62,717 nucleotides of DNA, filler included, from Diploschistes diacapsis (GCA_023645945.1; 14 parts of 14 records of this genome joined end to end with filler, not necessarily neighbours in it), one strand, 5' to 3'. Shown: positions 12,700 through 25,923, counted from the first letter of the whole stretch. Numbers and translations: made by a program. The notes: generated by a model not told the origin, from the letters alone.

Positions 12700-13800
12700 T
12701 TCCCGTTTAATGAAAGAAAGATCAATTAAAAGCAGATTATCAGATCATGATCTATACGGGAGAGATTAATTAAGAACGAATTCGTGGTTTATTTATTACG
12801 AAAGCCAAATAGGATTTTTTATAGACAAAGTATTAGATAGTTACTGAACCTGAACGTCGTTAATTAAACCTCGAATTCGCCAATTATAAACTCCGGAATG
12901 ACACGACTATTTAGGAAATATAAATATATTTGATGAAACTTTTAAAGTAGATATCGTATGGACGATCGAATCACGTTCTAAAGGTTTTCTTTTAAGCATT
13001 ATTTGCAGCACTGCCGTTTAATTACGCAGTTATTATCGACGTTATTAATATTTAAATCGATAATATTTTATCCGTCAATATCGATTACGATAAATGGTTT
13101 AATAGGTTAACCGACAAGCAAAAAAAACTAATAAAAGAAATCGTAGCATATTTATTCCGTTAAAAGGGATCCTTTCGACGATCCGACGAGAAGCGACGCC
13201 GCCGTTCTAGCTCAAGAAGCTTATTTAAAGGATATTTACTTTATAATAATAATAATCATCGCGCGATACGCTATTAACTCGCGAAGAAGTTTAGAAGGAT
13301 GGTTATCGTAGTAAAAAATAAGAACCGGGAAAAGAAATCTTAAGATATTCGCAGTAAGCAAAGGAATAAGAACAAACGCGCTTATAACGTAGAAAGTTTA
13401 GATAATGAAAGTTTAAGGACCGATACTGAACCTGAATTTAAACTTAAATCTTCATTATAATTAACCAACTTATTTATTTAGATATTAAATTTCTATTCGA
13501 AGACGACGAATTAAAGTCGGGGAAGAAATATTTTATTTAAATATTAAATTTTATTATTTAGAATCTTCGGTAGATTACAGCATTCTGGAAGCTCTTGCTT
13601 CCTATGATCGTCCCGAACCAGATAATGGTGGCTGACGGTTAGTAAAATTAAAAAAGCATTTTTAGGTTTCAATATTATACGTTTAAGATATATTATATTT
13701 TTTTCTTCTATATTGTCGGAGTAAAAGGTTATGTAAAATAAAATAACGAAAAGGTCGTTGACGGGATTATAACGTCTAGGATAGCGTTACTATACTACGA
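12700..13800 (+). mobile_element. RIP-degenerate Copia-like gag/protease relic
   Basis: Decayed zinc-knuckle-like segment at ~13235-13275 and a DSG-like protease remnant at ~13575-13610; many TAA/TAG stops. Confidence 0.45.
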
Positions 13801-13886
13801 AGTATAACGTCTTTAAAGATGATTAATTTTAATCGAAAAGATATTCAGATGAGTTAATATATTAAATAATTCCGTCCATAAGGAAG

Positions 13887-14165
13887 TATTGAGTATATAG
13901 ACGGAAGGTATAGTTATAAACTCGGCTTATTTTAAGAGGTTTACTGGAAGAACCCGGGAAATTCAATTTAGATGAACTTACCGAGGTTCAGTTCAATTTA
14001 ATTCAGCTGAACCTTATGGAATCCGATGGAATCCTGACTAGACCGATCAGGTGTAATATAGGCAGTAGAGCTTAGCGAGTCCCGTGGGATATAAAATCTG
14101 CATAGTAGGATTACTTCCTAAGATAAGACCTCTAGACTTCAATATATCCATTACGTTGCCAAACA
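13887..14165 (+). repeat. Copia-family LTR preceded by a PPT
   Basis: Shares its 3' end (CTCTAGACTTCAATATATCCATTACGTTGCCAAACA) and upstream PPT context with 60837-61075. Confidence 0.8.
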
Positions 14166-14461
14166 AATGGTTATAATAGTTATCGTACGATTAATTTTAT
14201 TAATTATTATAAGGATAATAATATCATTTCGGTCTATATGTCTGTTTATTTATCGCATATTTTTTTGTTTTTTGATGTCGATTGTTTTGGATCGTTTAAG
14301 ATTACGTACGGTAAGAAAATCGAGTAAATAATACGTACGTAGATTACGTATATTATTAAAGNNNNNNNNNNNNNNNNNNNNNNNNNNNNNNNNNNNNNNN
14401 NNNNNTTAATTAATTAANNNNNNNNNNNNNNNNNNNNNNNNNNNNNNNNNNNNNNNNNNNN

Positions 14462-14789
14462 CGAAACGAGAGAAATAGTTACGAAAAAATCGAACCTTAT
14501 TTAGATATTTAATTCGATCGACGAAATCATTCTCGCGAACGATGTCACGACGTTAATTTATAATAAGATCCCGTTCGTCCTATAAACGTTCAGTCGGTAA
14601 CCGTGAAAAAACCCCGTAATTATATTTTCTTTAAATTTAATTTTGATTTCGCTAAATATTAGGTTCCGTGGATTAACGTTTCTTATTTTTTTAATTATCG
14701 TCGTGACATCGTTCGCGAGAATGATTTCGTCGATCGAATTAAATATCTAAATAAGGTTCGATTTTTTCGTAACTATTTCTCGCGTTTCG
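14462..14789. repeat. ~90-bp near-perfect inverted repeat at the contig start (arms 14462-14551 and ~14700-14789)
   Basis: CGAAACGAGAGAAATAGTTACG...GATGTCACGACG is the reverse complement of the second arm, with about one mismatch. Confidence 0.9.
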
Positions 14790-14814
14790 GAAACATAATC
14801 TTCCTCGTTTAAAA

Positions 14815-14984
14815 TGTAACAGCGGGGGTAGTGCCTAATAGGGTAGCGCTATCCCACTGAGCCAAAAGACTAACACAATGCTTTCTGGAACCCCGAAGCA
14901 CTGTTTCCCTATTACACTATATGTAGGTGCGTGGCTGTGGCAGCAGGGGGACCTGAACCCCAGGGCGCACCTTTGGGCGTTACA
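14815..14984. repeat. 170-bp LTR-like element interrupting the Copia integrase
   Basis: TGTAAC...GTTACA termini; GC-richer than its flanks. No target-site duplication is visible. Confidence 0.7.
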
Positions 14985-16860
14985 TTTGCTTTCGTGATAA
15001 AGTCTTTAGTTATCGTAATGACGTCACTTTTTTGATTTATAAGCGTTATTTCGGTATATTTGGTTACCGAATCGAGAAAAGTGGCGAAATATTGATATCC
15101 CGAGGGTGTTTTTGGTGATATAGGGCCGCATATATCCGAGTATATTAGTCCTAAATAGGCATTTTAGGGCTCTGATGGCTTTTTGGATATCCTTTTTGTC
15201 GCTTTAGCCTGTATATAGGTTGTATAAGGCTCCTGGTTGGTTGATTTGGCAAAATTAATTCCTATTGCCTGTTTAGGTAATTGTTCTAGGGCTGAAGTAC
15301 CGATATGTTTTATTCGTTTGTGCCATAGGTTTTTGCTGATTAATTCTTTATTAGTAAAAGCATTTTGCTTTACTAGTTCAGTGGAGATGATTATCAATTT
15401 ATTTAAATAGGTATCTTTTATTAGTAACCCATTGAAATAAATATGGTAATAATTTTCATCTAGAATGGTTTTCGCGCCTTTTTCGCGTATGGCGGTAGTA
15501 GAGATAAGGTTTGTTTTTAAATCCGGCGCGTATTTGCAATTTGTCAGCCGAAGGATCTTATTGGTGGATTTAATTCGGAATTTGACTGTTCCGATACCTA
15601 GGATGTTGATTTATGCTGCTGTTTTTCATCGTAGGGCTGAATTATATGACTCGAATGATTTAAAAGCTGATAAATCCGAGTATATATGCGAGGTTGCTGT
15701 CGAATCGAGAATCCAGTCCGTTTTTTGGTCGAAAGAGGTATAGCTAATTTCCGAATTAGGCGTACTAGTCTCTAAGGAGACTAGCGTGCTTTCCGAATCC
15801 GGCCTCGCTTTTTTTGTTTTTTTCTTTTCGGGGTGTTTTGCCCAGCAGTCTGATTCTTTGTGTCCTGACTTTTTACAATAGTTGCATTGTGGTTTTTCCT
15901 TTTTAGGCCTAGCGCCTGTCGGTGCTCGGCTATTTATAGCCATCACGCTATCGATATTGTCCTTTTTTTTTGATTTTAGCCGCAATGATTCGTCGATTAG
16001 TTGCGAAAATATCGTATTTAGATCGATATCCGAAGAATTGTTGTTTCGAATTTGTTGAGTAATTATAGCTATTATGTTTTTATAATCTTCGGTTAGATTA
16101 TTTAAGGCCTAAGTAACTATAACCTTATTCGGAATAATAATATTCCGTACCATTAAATCGTCCGTTAATTGCTTAATTTGATTAACATATGCCTCGATTT
16201 TTTTTTTTTAGTAAACGTTGTTTCGAACAACTGCTTATATAATAGAAATTCCGAGCTAAATCCCTTTGGTTCATAAAGGGTCTTCAAAATCTCCCATACC
16301 TTGTTCGGATCATTAATGTTCCGGATTTGCAGTAAAGATCCATCTTCAAGAATTAACCGGATGTAGGCTAGCGTTTTTTTTAATTTAGTACTCTATTCGA
16401 TCATTTCTTCGGAGGTTGAAAATGCCGGTGGAACATTAGTAGTCATTACGTCGTAATAACCTTTTTCGATTAATACGACCTTTATACGTATTGACTAAAT
16501 ATCCTAATTTTCGCTACTACGTAGCCTAGGGATTTTCATCACTAAATCGCCCATTTTTCCGAATCGGGTATAATCGATTTCCTATTTGGGCTTAATCGCT
16601 TTATTTAATTGGATTTTATTTAATTAAATTTCAGGTAATTAATCTCGCTGTCGAATTCTTCGTAGTCTAGTTATCTAATTAAATAGTCGCGTATTCCGGG
16701 TTTATAACCTGTTGAACTAAATTATTACGCCAAAAGATGCGTATTTTTTAACAAGAAGCAGTTTATGTTTATATTTCGACATATTTTCGTAAACATGGCT
16801 CTGCGGCTCTTATTATTTATCTATGTTTTTTCCAGCTAGATCAAAATCTGCCGTGAACGG
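14985..16860 (-). mobile_element. Ty1/Copia retrotransposon 5' half (LTR ending at 16710, PBS, gag, protease, integrase N-terminus), lightly RIP-mutated
   Basis: PBS ..CAACA|GGTTATAAACCCGG; zinc knuckle CNYCKKSGHKESDC; protease WILDSTATSH; LWHKRIKHIG; integrase LIYSDICGP...YFATFLDS. The order PR-IN is the Copia order. In-frame stops are present. Confidence 0.93.
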
Positions 16861-16889
16861 GACTCGATTTCAGACCTCTGAATTAAACG

Positions 16890-17239
16890 GGTGGGGATGC
16901 AGCGCAGTGCGTTACCCGGGCTTATAATCTATTAAAAGTGGTGGAAGTTCTTAATAGATAACTGATGATTAAGAGTGTATTCTTCAGCTAGTCCTAACTA
17001 AGGAATAATCCTAGCCTGTCTAGTTTGGTAGTTGATTATTGTTCAATGATAATATATTGAAGAGGTTGAAGGTTATATCTAAGAATAATGGAAGGTGAGA
17101 GGCCTTTTATAGGCACATTTCACGCTAGTGTGATTAGTAATAACTTAATCTAGAATGTTCCCTTATCCTTCCAAATCATTCCATGCATTAGTAAGCCGAA
17201 TATTCTAGAATCTTCTAGAATCTTCTATAATCTTCTATA
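16890..17239 (-). mobile_element. 5' LTR and PBS of a second Copia element into which the first is nested
   Basis: The minus strand reads ..TTAATA|GATTATAAGCCCGGG, the RIP form of ..AACA|GGTTATGAGCCCGGG, at ~16916-16935. A short TTCTAGAATC tandem lies at the contig end. Confidence 0.6.
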
Positions 17240-18822
17240 NNNNNNNNNNNNNNNNNNNNNNNNNNNNNNNNNNNNNNNNNNNNTTAATTAATTAANNNNN
17301 NNNNNNNNNNNNNNNNNNNNNNNNNNNNNNNNNNNNNNNCTAATATATACCGTAAATAAAAAGATATAAACCTCATATAATAAAAAACGGACCGATTTAA
17401 AGTTTATAACGTAATCTTATTTAAAAAAAAACGTGCGCATATTAAGATTTAAATTATTTCACGAAATTATATCTATTAAACATATTTATAAAATAATATT
17501 ATTATAATATATAAAAGTATAAACGGATTATTAAACCTTGGACATTATCGGTACTGATACGTGAAAACAATTGTCTATTACGTATAAAAATTTTATATCT
17601 GGATTCTTATCGTTATCCGGACTTTATAATATACATAAAAGTATGTCGTATTTCTTCGGAGTAACAATTCAGGTTATCGAACTTAAAGCAATCTCGAACG
17701 CGTTGGTAGAGAAGAAAAGGTGAACGGATCCTGTTGTTATGGAAGATTAAATAAAGATTTTCCGGCCCGAGATTAAGAATATTTATTTCCGAGAATGGAT
17801 CGTAAAAGCAATCTTAGCGCTAAAGTAATATTTCTTTGCAATTCGGTTAGCCGAATAGGAATTATATAATCCTATTAGAAAGAACTTTTTTGAAATATTG
17901 ATAAAAAAAGGAATGAATTATTAAGAAATAGGAAGGTTTACGCTTCTTCCGGACGAGGAAAAGGAGGGGGAAGAAGAGGAGGAGGATGAGGAAATAAAGG
18001 ATGATCTGGATTTAGCTTAGAGGATATGGAATTTAAGGAGGAGGAGGAGGAAGAGAGCGGGAATGAATAAACAGTATGATAGGAAGAATAGATATTATAA
18101 GACCCTAGGGGCCTATGATTATGATAGGATAGAGTAGGATAAAGTCTGTTTATTTATTTATATGGCCGTTCGGTTGCTTGTTGGTTGATTAGTCTATTAA
18201 TTTTATAATAGGTTTACTTTTCTGTTTATTTGTTTAGTATTTATTTACATGTTTATTTATTTATTTTTTTATATGATTAACCTTTCTACTTTATGCTTTT
18301 TTGTTTATTTTGTGTTTATATATTGATTTACCTGCCTGCCTCTTGCTTGCTTGCTTGCTACCGCTTGTCTAAAAGGTGTAGTCGGAGAAGAGGTAAGAGA
18401 GAGAAAAGGACGGCGGACGTGCTGCCTGATATAACTGCCTAGAGGAATACTTATAGATAAGATAAATATAGCGGAAGTTAAGGATGGTTTTAGATAATTA
18501 TCGTTTTATTATTTAATTAATAAAGCGGAGTATAATATAAATACGATAAAAGTTAAGGATGTTTTTTGATAATTACCGTTTTTCTATCCTCGTGATTCGA
18601 GAAAGTAAAATATAGAGGATTAGGTTTAATAGCGTTGTTACGTTTAGAAATATTGTTACGTCGAGGAAGAAGCATTGAAGAGGATAGGTTTCTAAGTATT
18701 ACCGTTGTTTAGAAGGTATAGGATTACGTTGAGATAGGAAGGTAACGGGATTTAGGTTTTTTATTAATAAGATTTGTATGGAGTTCGTTATGGGGTAGCG
18801 AATTATTGAAGGAGGGGTCGTA

Positions 18823-19058
18823 TATAAATATAAAAGTAGGTTGTAGATTTGGTGGGGGGCGAGTCCCTTAGAGCAGTTTTATATAAAGAGGTCTGTTAGG
18901 TAGCTCTAGATAATCAATGTATCTTATACCTTATAAATGTTCTATTTAGGTATGCTGTTGATTATTAGGTCACCCTACAGCTCTCTACGATACCACCTAC
19001 GAATACCTACCTACTATAGCAAGGGAAGTCTCCCTAGACAGCGCGCCTTGTGTTTATA
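18823..19058 (+). repeat. 3' LTR of the family seen at 9263 and 11184, preceded by a polypurine tract
   Basis: GAAGGAGGGG at ~18808-18817. Shares CTAGACAGCGCGCCTTGTGTTTATA and GGTAGCTCTAGA with the other copies. Confidence 0.8.
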
Positions 19059-19099
19059 ATAAGAAATAACGAGCGATGTCGGTTTAAAATCGACGCGTG

Positions 19100-20103
19100 T
19101 TAATATTTTAAAGAACTATAAGGAAGCCGTGAATGATTTAATCTTCGGAAAAGAATAAAAAGCAATAATAAAGAAAAAAATCGATTCTTTATTACTAAAC
19201 CAGATCTAGACTAAATTATCTAAACTATCTGAACCTACCAATATTATAAGCTTAAAATAGGTTTTCGATATCAAGTATAATCTTAATAATAACATTAAAA
19301 GATTTAAGGCTAGATTAATCACAAGAGGTTTCTTATAAAGACAGAATATCGATTTCGATAAGATATTTATTTTTATTATTTAAACCGATTCGCTACGAAT
19401 TTTATTAACGGTTCTAACAATTAAAGATCTAGAATGTTATTAAATGGACGTTAATAACGCGTTTATCGAAGCGTTATTAATATATTAAATCTATATAACC
19501 GTATTAGAAGGATATAGCGTTCCGAAGGGTACCGTATTTAAAATTAATAAAAGTTTATATAAACTAAAATAGGCGGTTAAGGATTAATATAAGAAATACG
19601 GTAATATAATCCTGAATCTGGGATTTATTCGATCTAATATTAATTCGTACGTCTTTATTTTGCGAACTCGAAAGTTATTGATTAGTCTTTACATGAACGA
19701 TATTATCATAACAGCGCCGGAACTGTATAATGTATACTAATTTAAAAAAGCACTAGCTGAACGTTATAAGATCAAGGATCTAAAAGAAATAAAAAAGCTT
19801 CTAAAAATAAGAATTCAGCGATAACGCAGTTCAGGTTCAGATTTAATAAATTTAACTAAATTAATCCTAAATTAAGAAACATACGTCGAAAAGATGTTCT
19901 AACGTTTCAAAATAATAACGGACACATACAAAAATTAAAAGATATCGTTTAATAAATACGACGGTATTAAATTAAATAAGGAATCCCTTCGAAATAATCA
20001 ATGAAACGTAGTATCAAAAGATTATTAGTAGTATTATATATTTAACGATTTATACGAGATTAGACATCGCATTTACTATTAAAAAGTTAAATTAGTATAT
20101 AAT
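19100..20103 (+). mobile_element. RIP-degenerate Ty1/Copia reverse transcriptase
   Basis: De-RIPed motifs FKARL.ARGF.Q..GIDF..TF, QMDVNNAF, KSLYGLKQA and LYVDDI are seen in order. Confidence 0.9.
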
Positions 20104-20203
20104 NNNNNNNNNNNNNNNNNNNNNNNNNNNNNNNNNNNNNNNNNNNNTTAATTAATTAANNNNNNNNNNNNNNNNNNNNNNNNNNNNNNNNNNNNNNNNN
20201 NNN

Positions 20204-21610
20204 CCCCAAAACTCAATCCCTCACTAACCCTCCTCTCCTCAACCACCTAGCCTCGCAATCCTCGGCGAGGCCTCCATAAACGCCAACGCCCAAGTCACCG
20301 CCCTCTCCTCTCTCTCCTACTTGCCACGGCTCGTGCCCGCGCCACAGGCCCTGATCCGCCACGGCCGGCCCGAGCGTCTGCGGCCACTGGAGAGCGCGCG
20401 CGTCGTCTCGAGCCACTCGGGCAACTCGCGCGACCAGCTCAACCACATAGCCTCCATCATTCACGATGTCGGGGCGCAGCTGCCGGACTATACGGTGCAC
20501 GTGATCGAGCTGAAGAGGAGGAGGGCACGGGGGAGTTTGGGGAGGGTCATGACGAGGGCAATGATGGGGAGGTTTGGCGGGGAGAGATTAGTGGGGAAGG
20601 AGAAGGGGATGAAAGACCGGATCAAGAGCAAGAGCAAGAGCAAGAGCAAGAGCAAGGATAAGAACCTCGATCTAGACGGCGACAGCGACAGCGACCCGGA
20701 GCCCATCGTGCGCGCCTCGCCCAACGGCCCACTGACCTGGCTCGCGCTGCTCGGCTGCGCCATGAGTCTGACCCTGCTCGCGGTCTCGATTCGCGAGAAG
20801 GACGGCATGTCGCTGCTCGCGACGCTCAGCCTATCCGGCGTGTCCAGCATCATCGGCATCGGCTCGCGCTGGCGGCTCGAGCTGCCGCGGCGGCGCGACA
20901 CGCGGCGCGTGCCGGACAGCGACGTCGTCATCAAGTTCCCGCAGGGCGCCTTCATCGTCGTGCGCTGCAACGAGGAGATCCAGCGCGAGCTGTACTGGCA
21001 CCCGGAGAAGTGCGAGTACTTTGTCAGTCTGCGTATGTACCGGCTCATCTCGCTGCTCGCGACGCTTTTCCTCATGGCCGGCGTTATTTTCTTGGCCAAC
21101 GCCAGCCTGACGCTGCAGCTGCTGTGGGCCGGCGCGTACGTCGTGCTCAATGCGGCGTACTGGATCGTCGCGGCGCTGCCGGAGGCCCTGCATTGGGATC
21201 TGTCGGCGTATGAGAGTCGGGAGCTGAGGGTTGTCGGCAGGCCAGAGCCGCATACGTTTACGCATGCGCTGTGGACGGTCTGCTGCGTTACGGGCAGTAC
21301 CGGGTGGGCGAGGGATTTCGATATTGCACCGAAAACTCCTGTGTGGGCGGCGTGGTTGGATGAGGCGGGGGAAAGGATTAAGGAGGAGAGGTTGGCGGCG
21401 TTGGCGAGGACGAGGAAAGAAACGGGGGGACGGAGGAGAGAGGACGAGAGGGGGAGGGAATTTGGTGAGATGGGAAGCGGAGGTGCAGGTGGAAGTAGTG
21501 GTGGTAGTAGTGGGGAAATCCGGATTCCGGAGTGGAATCCGACGAAAAGGTTGAGCGAGATTCTGAAGGAGGAAAGGGTTGTTGCTGCGGGGGCGCAGCA
21601 GCCGGTGTGA
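20204..21610 (+). CDS. Fungal multi-pass membrane protein of unknown function (5' truncated)
   Basis: 429-aa ORF with GC3-rich coding bias, about four hydrophobic helices and an (AAGAGC)n Ser-Lys repeat at ~20624-20655. Confidence 0.8.
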
Positions 21611-23119
21611 TTCTTCGCTATGAGGGGCTCGTTGGTGCCCGAAAATTGCTTCTATATGAGCATACCCGATGTGCTTTGACGGCGTTCGTCTGGTCTGTCG
21701 TCTAGGCTGCGAAGATACCCCATATCGCGCTTCCTTGCATCTCGGTTCAAATATTTGAACTTCGTCTGGATGACGGTGCAATGAACAACTACGAGTCACC
21801 AATTTCATCCCTGTCGTTATGTGGTATATACCGCCATCCCCTTTCCATACCGAGGGTCCGGAGACCGGACTGTAGGGAGATATTTCACCAGCGAATGGGG
21901 TCCTGCTATTATCCACACCACTCTACCTGCGCAATACAAACCGCGAAGCAGCCAATTCTCCAATAAGTCCATGCTCCGAGGCTTAAACATGCCAATACCG
22001 AGCCTATCCCCGAAGAAAGCCAAACTGATACTGAATCTGTCTCTTAGGGTATGATACCGACTGTCTACTCCGCACGGACCAGAAAAACGGCATCGACTTC
22101 CCGCACTTCGGTACCGTACCCGTACCGCTCATGTCCAGCGATCTATGCCCACCTCGTCACTGTCGCCATCCAGATTGGGCATAGACACTGTACCAGAGTC
22201 TCGCCATTATACGCAAGCGGAATACTCGATAGCGTATCTGCTCAACCGATACTATTCCCATCCCATCAACACCATCTTCGACGCAAACACACACACTTAC
22301 ATGTGAACCCAAAGCCCATACGCTCTCGAGCCCCATCAATGACCATCGAGCCTCATACTTCCCCCCTTCTCCCATTTCCCAAGCGCCACAGACGGGACCC
22401 CCTTTTAAACGACGCCCGATCCCAGCAGCTGAGCGTAACTGGGCAGACACAACCTCCTTCAACCCCTCCCGACGCAGATGGCCGAGTACCGGGCATGGCT
22501 GCAGCGACGTTCCTCCAAAGGCGTGCCCTGGTACACATACGCGACGCAGCGGACGCGCGGGCTCTGCGGGAGGAATACGCCGGATACTACCCAGAGATTG
22601 GGGGTATGTGAGGAGTATCATAGGTCTTCTTTGCCTTCTCTTTTTCGAGTCTGTACTTTATATTTTTTGTTAATACTTTATACTCGATGATCTTGTACTC
22701 TATATTCTATACGCTATACCACATATTCTATACTTCAGCACAAGTCTTCCGCTTCCGGCACCCTTTTTCCTCTCCCCCAGAAACTACCTAACACTCCACA
22801 CGCATATAATATATAAAGTGTATCTCAAGCGCGGGGCTCCAATCGTGTATATGACGAAGTGCGTGACAAGGCCCTTTGCGCATCCATCCCCTACCCCTAC
22901 TCCCCGCCATAGGCTGGGTACCGCTTCCTCGAGCTCCCGCCTCTCGCACAACAACCCCTGCCCNNNNNNNNNNNNNNNNNNNNNNNNNNNNNNNNNNNNN
23001 NNNNNNNTTAATTAATTAANNNNNNNNNNNNNNNNNNNNNNNNNNNNNNNNNNNNNNNNNNNNGACTGAACTAGAAGGAGTCCACAGGACAAGAAAAGGA
23101 AACAAAACCTTCAACTCAC

Positions 23120-23917
23120 CGTTATCGAAATAAACATCAACATACTCCTTCGTCGCCGCCTTCAAATCCCCCGCAAACCCCTCGCTCTTGTAATCTAGCG
23201 CCTCGTCGCACCCCAGCTCCTTCAGCCACCTCCTCTTCTCCTCCCCGCCCGCGATCCCTACGACCCGGCACCCCTTGATCTTCGCAATCTGGCACACCAC
23301 GCTGCCCGTCGCGCCCGCCGCCCCGGATACTACCACCGTCTCCCCGGCCTTGGGCTCGCCGATGTTCAGCAGCCCAAAGTAGGCCGTCAGGCCGGTCAGA
23401 CCGAGCGGGCCCAGCGCGTCCGTCAGCCGCCCGTTGGAGGGGATCTCGACCTTTTGCACCTCGGCGGCGGGCATGATGGCGAGCTCGGTCCAGCCGGCAG
23501 TCGCGGTGACGTAGCTGCCCGGCGAGACGGAGGAGGATTTGGAGGCCAGGACCCGCGCGATCGTGCCGCCGCGCATGGTCTCGTTCAGGCCGACGGGGGG
23601 GATGTAGGAACGGCCCTCTGGATATGTGTCAGTAGGGTAGTTTTGGTCGTTTGGGGAAAAGCATGAATGAGGATATGGCTGGAGGTGGAGTTCAAAGTGA
23701 GGGTGCAGTGGTTGCCTAGCAGGATTGGCGGCCTACCGTTCATCCAGCCGCGCATGGCCGGGTCGAGAGAGAGGTAGAGGGTCTCGAGGAGGACCTGGTC
23801 ATCCTTCAGGTCGGCTTCGGTCAGCCTTGGCTTCTCAATGAGCTTAAATTGCTCTTCGGGGACGATGTGGCCCTTCGGTCGCGAAGCGAGGACGATGGTC
23901 TTGTACGTAGAGCTCAT
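23120..23917 (-). CDS. NADP-dependent MDR oxidoreductase, prostaglandin reductase/CurA-like (exons 23917-23737 and 23617-23120; 3' truncated)
   Basis: Motifs LYLSLDPAMRGWM, SYIPPV, GLTGLTAYFGL, VVSGAAGATGSV and DVYFDN; canonical introns. Confidence 0.95.
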
Positions 23918-24707
23918 GTCGACGATGTAACGGGCGTCCTATTTGGGCAATATTTCAGGGGATTGATGTTGCTCTTGGCTGTGGTGAAGGGATGAAAGTC
24001 GTCCGGTGTGGGAATTTAGGTTTGCAATACTCTGTCCGTTCCCCTCGGTCGGGAGAGAGGGATTTACGCATCTCTTAAGTCAGCACTTTGTTCGTCTACT
24101 GCAACCTCATCCATGTCGAGATCCAAAGTTGCCTCGGTTCCGCCGATTGGATCGCATTACAGCGGACTTGCATCATTTCTGCGACTTTACCGTCAGGATC
24201 GTTTTCTACTTTGTAAGCATCCTCATCCTAGTTGACTTCATAGTTAGATTAGTATTCCTCCTCTTCCCCTGGCGTCTATCTCCGCACTTATATCTCCTGT
24301 TTTGTACTACCTTCGGGGTTCGCAAGAAGCTCCGACCGCGATTCGGTCTATATTTTGTGCGCTCGCTGAATAGACCTTGAAAAGGCTAGTTGACTGTTAC
24401 AATTCATTGGCTTGGTGCATCTGTTGTACTTGGGCTCAGCTGTCACTTTACTTTTACGCAAGCTCTAACCTTGCTGCCTGGGAGCATTACCAAGCAGGGC
24501 TCTTGATATTGAAGCTCGATGAGCGACTGGATGCTTGCATGGTAGGACAACTGGTTTCTCGGAGTTGTGTAGTCATTGAATGTTGTTTCTCGTATATTTC
24601 TCATGTAGTGGTTTGAATTACGACATGGATGGCAAAGTCTGATATCGAGGATAATATAAAGGGGAGTATTCTCCACTGGTTTTCTTTGCTGCTTTCATTT
24701 CAATTAC

Positions 24708-25695
24708 ATGTTTAATCGAGCTTTGATTCGCTTCTGCTACAGACCTCAAGTCAATCTGTTTGTGAAAAATAATTCTCTTTTCAAAACGATGGCCACCGCA
24801 GCGACAGTGAGCGTCACGCCTCACAATAAGGGCGGGTTCTCCGTCGACGCACTATCCAAGGACTCTGCAAGCACGACCACCAAGTTGTTGCAGGAAAACC
24901 ACGAGAAGCACCACATCTTCTTCAACCACGATGGGTTCCACAGTAAGTCCAGAACTGACAGTGTTCGTTCCGCTTTCGTCCTCCTTCGATTTCGACCGCT
25001 TTAGCACCCTTGGTCTAAGTTATATCTGACACTCCAAGACCACATCGTCCACCACCTCTTCGCCATCTACGCCCTCGGGGCGGACCCCAAGGAGATTCAG
25101 CGCGCTTATGACGACAACGTAGGCTACCAGCGCCCTCCCGAGCCTTTGAAAGAGGACATCGTGGCCGACTTAAAGGACCCTTCAGTTTTCAAGCAACACC
25201 TCGACGACGAACAGTACTACCATACGTACCTTGTGTTCTTTCAGAACGAAATTAGCAAGAAAGGCTACCAAGAGGTCATCAAAGAGTACCTCCTCGCCGG
25301 CGACGACCGAGCCGACGACTTCCTCGGCCGCCTTTACGCAGGGTTCTTGCACCCCATCATCCACCTGGGCTACGGCATCGAGTTCGAACAGCCTGCGATC
25401 GTCGCCGAGGCGCTCGCGCAGACAGCCTGTCACGATGCCTGGGCTGGGGACATGCTCCGTGCTGCGGAGAAGGAGGCGAAGGTGAAAGGCAATCCAGACA
25501 AGAGCATGTTCGAGCTCTTGGATGAAGCGAGGAGCAATCCGAAGTTGAAAGAATCGGCGCATTGGAAGGATCCAAACAAGCTGAGGGATGGCGTGCTTGT
25601 GCGGGCCAAGGAGGAGATGATGGACATTGTGAGCCAGTACAAGGTCCGCGAGGAGGATTTGGAAATCAGAACGGCGGAGATGATCAATGTTTGCG
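24708..25695 (+). CDS. Questin oxidase/HypA (AflY, DUF4243)-like protein (exons 24708-24942 and 25039-25695; 3' truncated)
   Basis: Motifs HHIFFNHDGFH|NHIVHHLFAIYALGA and GFLHPIIHLGYGIEFEQPAIVAEALAQ. Alternative start at 24789. Confidence 0.88.
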
Positions 25696-25923
25696 GTATG
25701 TTTGCTTCAACCGCAGATCGATCGCACCTTAATCTGCTATCTGGAAAGCCTTCGTCTCTGTGTTTCCAACTCATCTTACTCCCATTCAAGTCTCCTATAC
25801 CGTACCCTCGATCAACCCCCTCCNNNNNNNNNNNNNNNNNNNNNNNNNNNNNNNNNNNNNNNNNNNNTTAATTAATTAANNNNNNNNNNNNNNNNNNNNN
25901 NNNNNNNNNNNNNNNNNNNNNNN

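Noticed and set aside
20488..21916. Long minus-strand ORFs (220 and 361 aa)
   Set aside because: Antisense shadows of the GC-rich plus-strand gene.
22051..22690. Overlapping ORFs on both strands
   Set aside because: No motif or consistent splice model supports choosing one.
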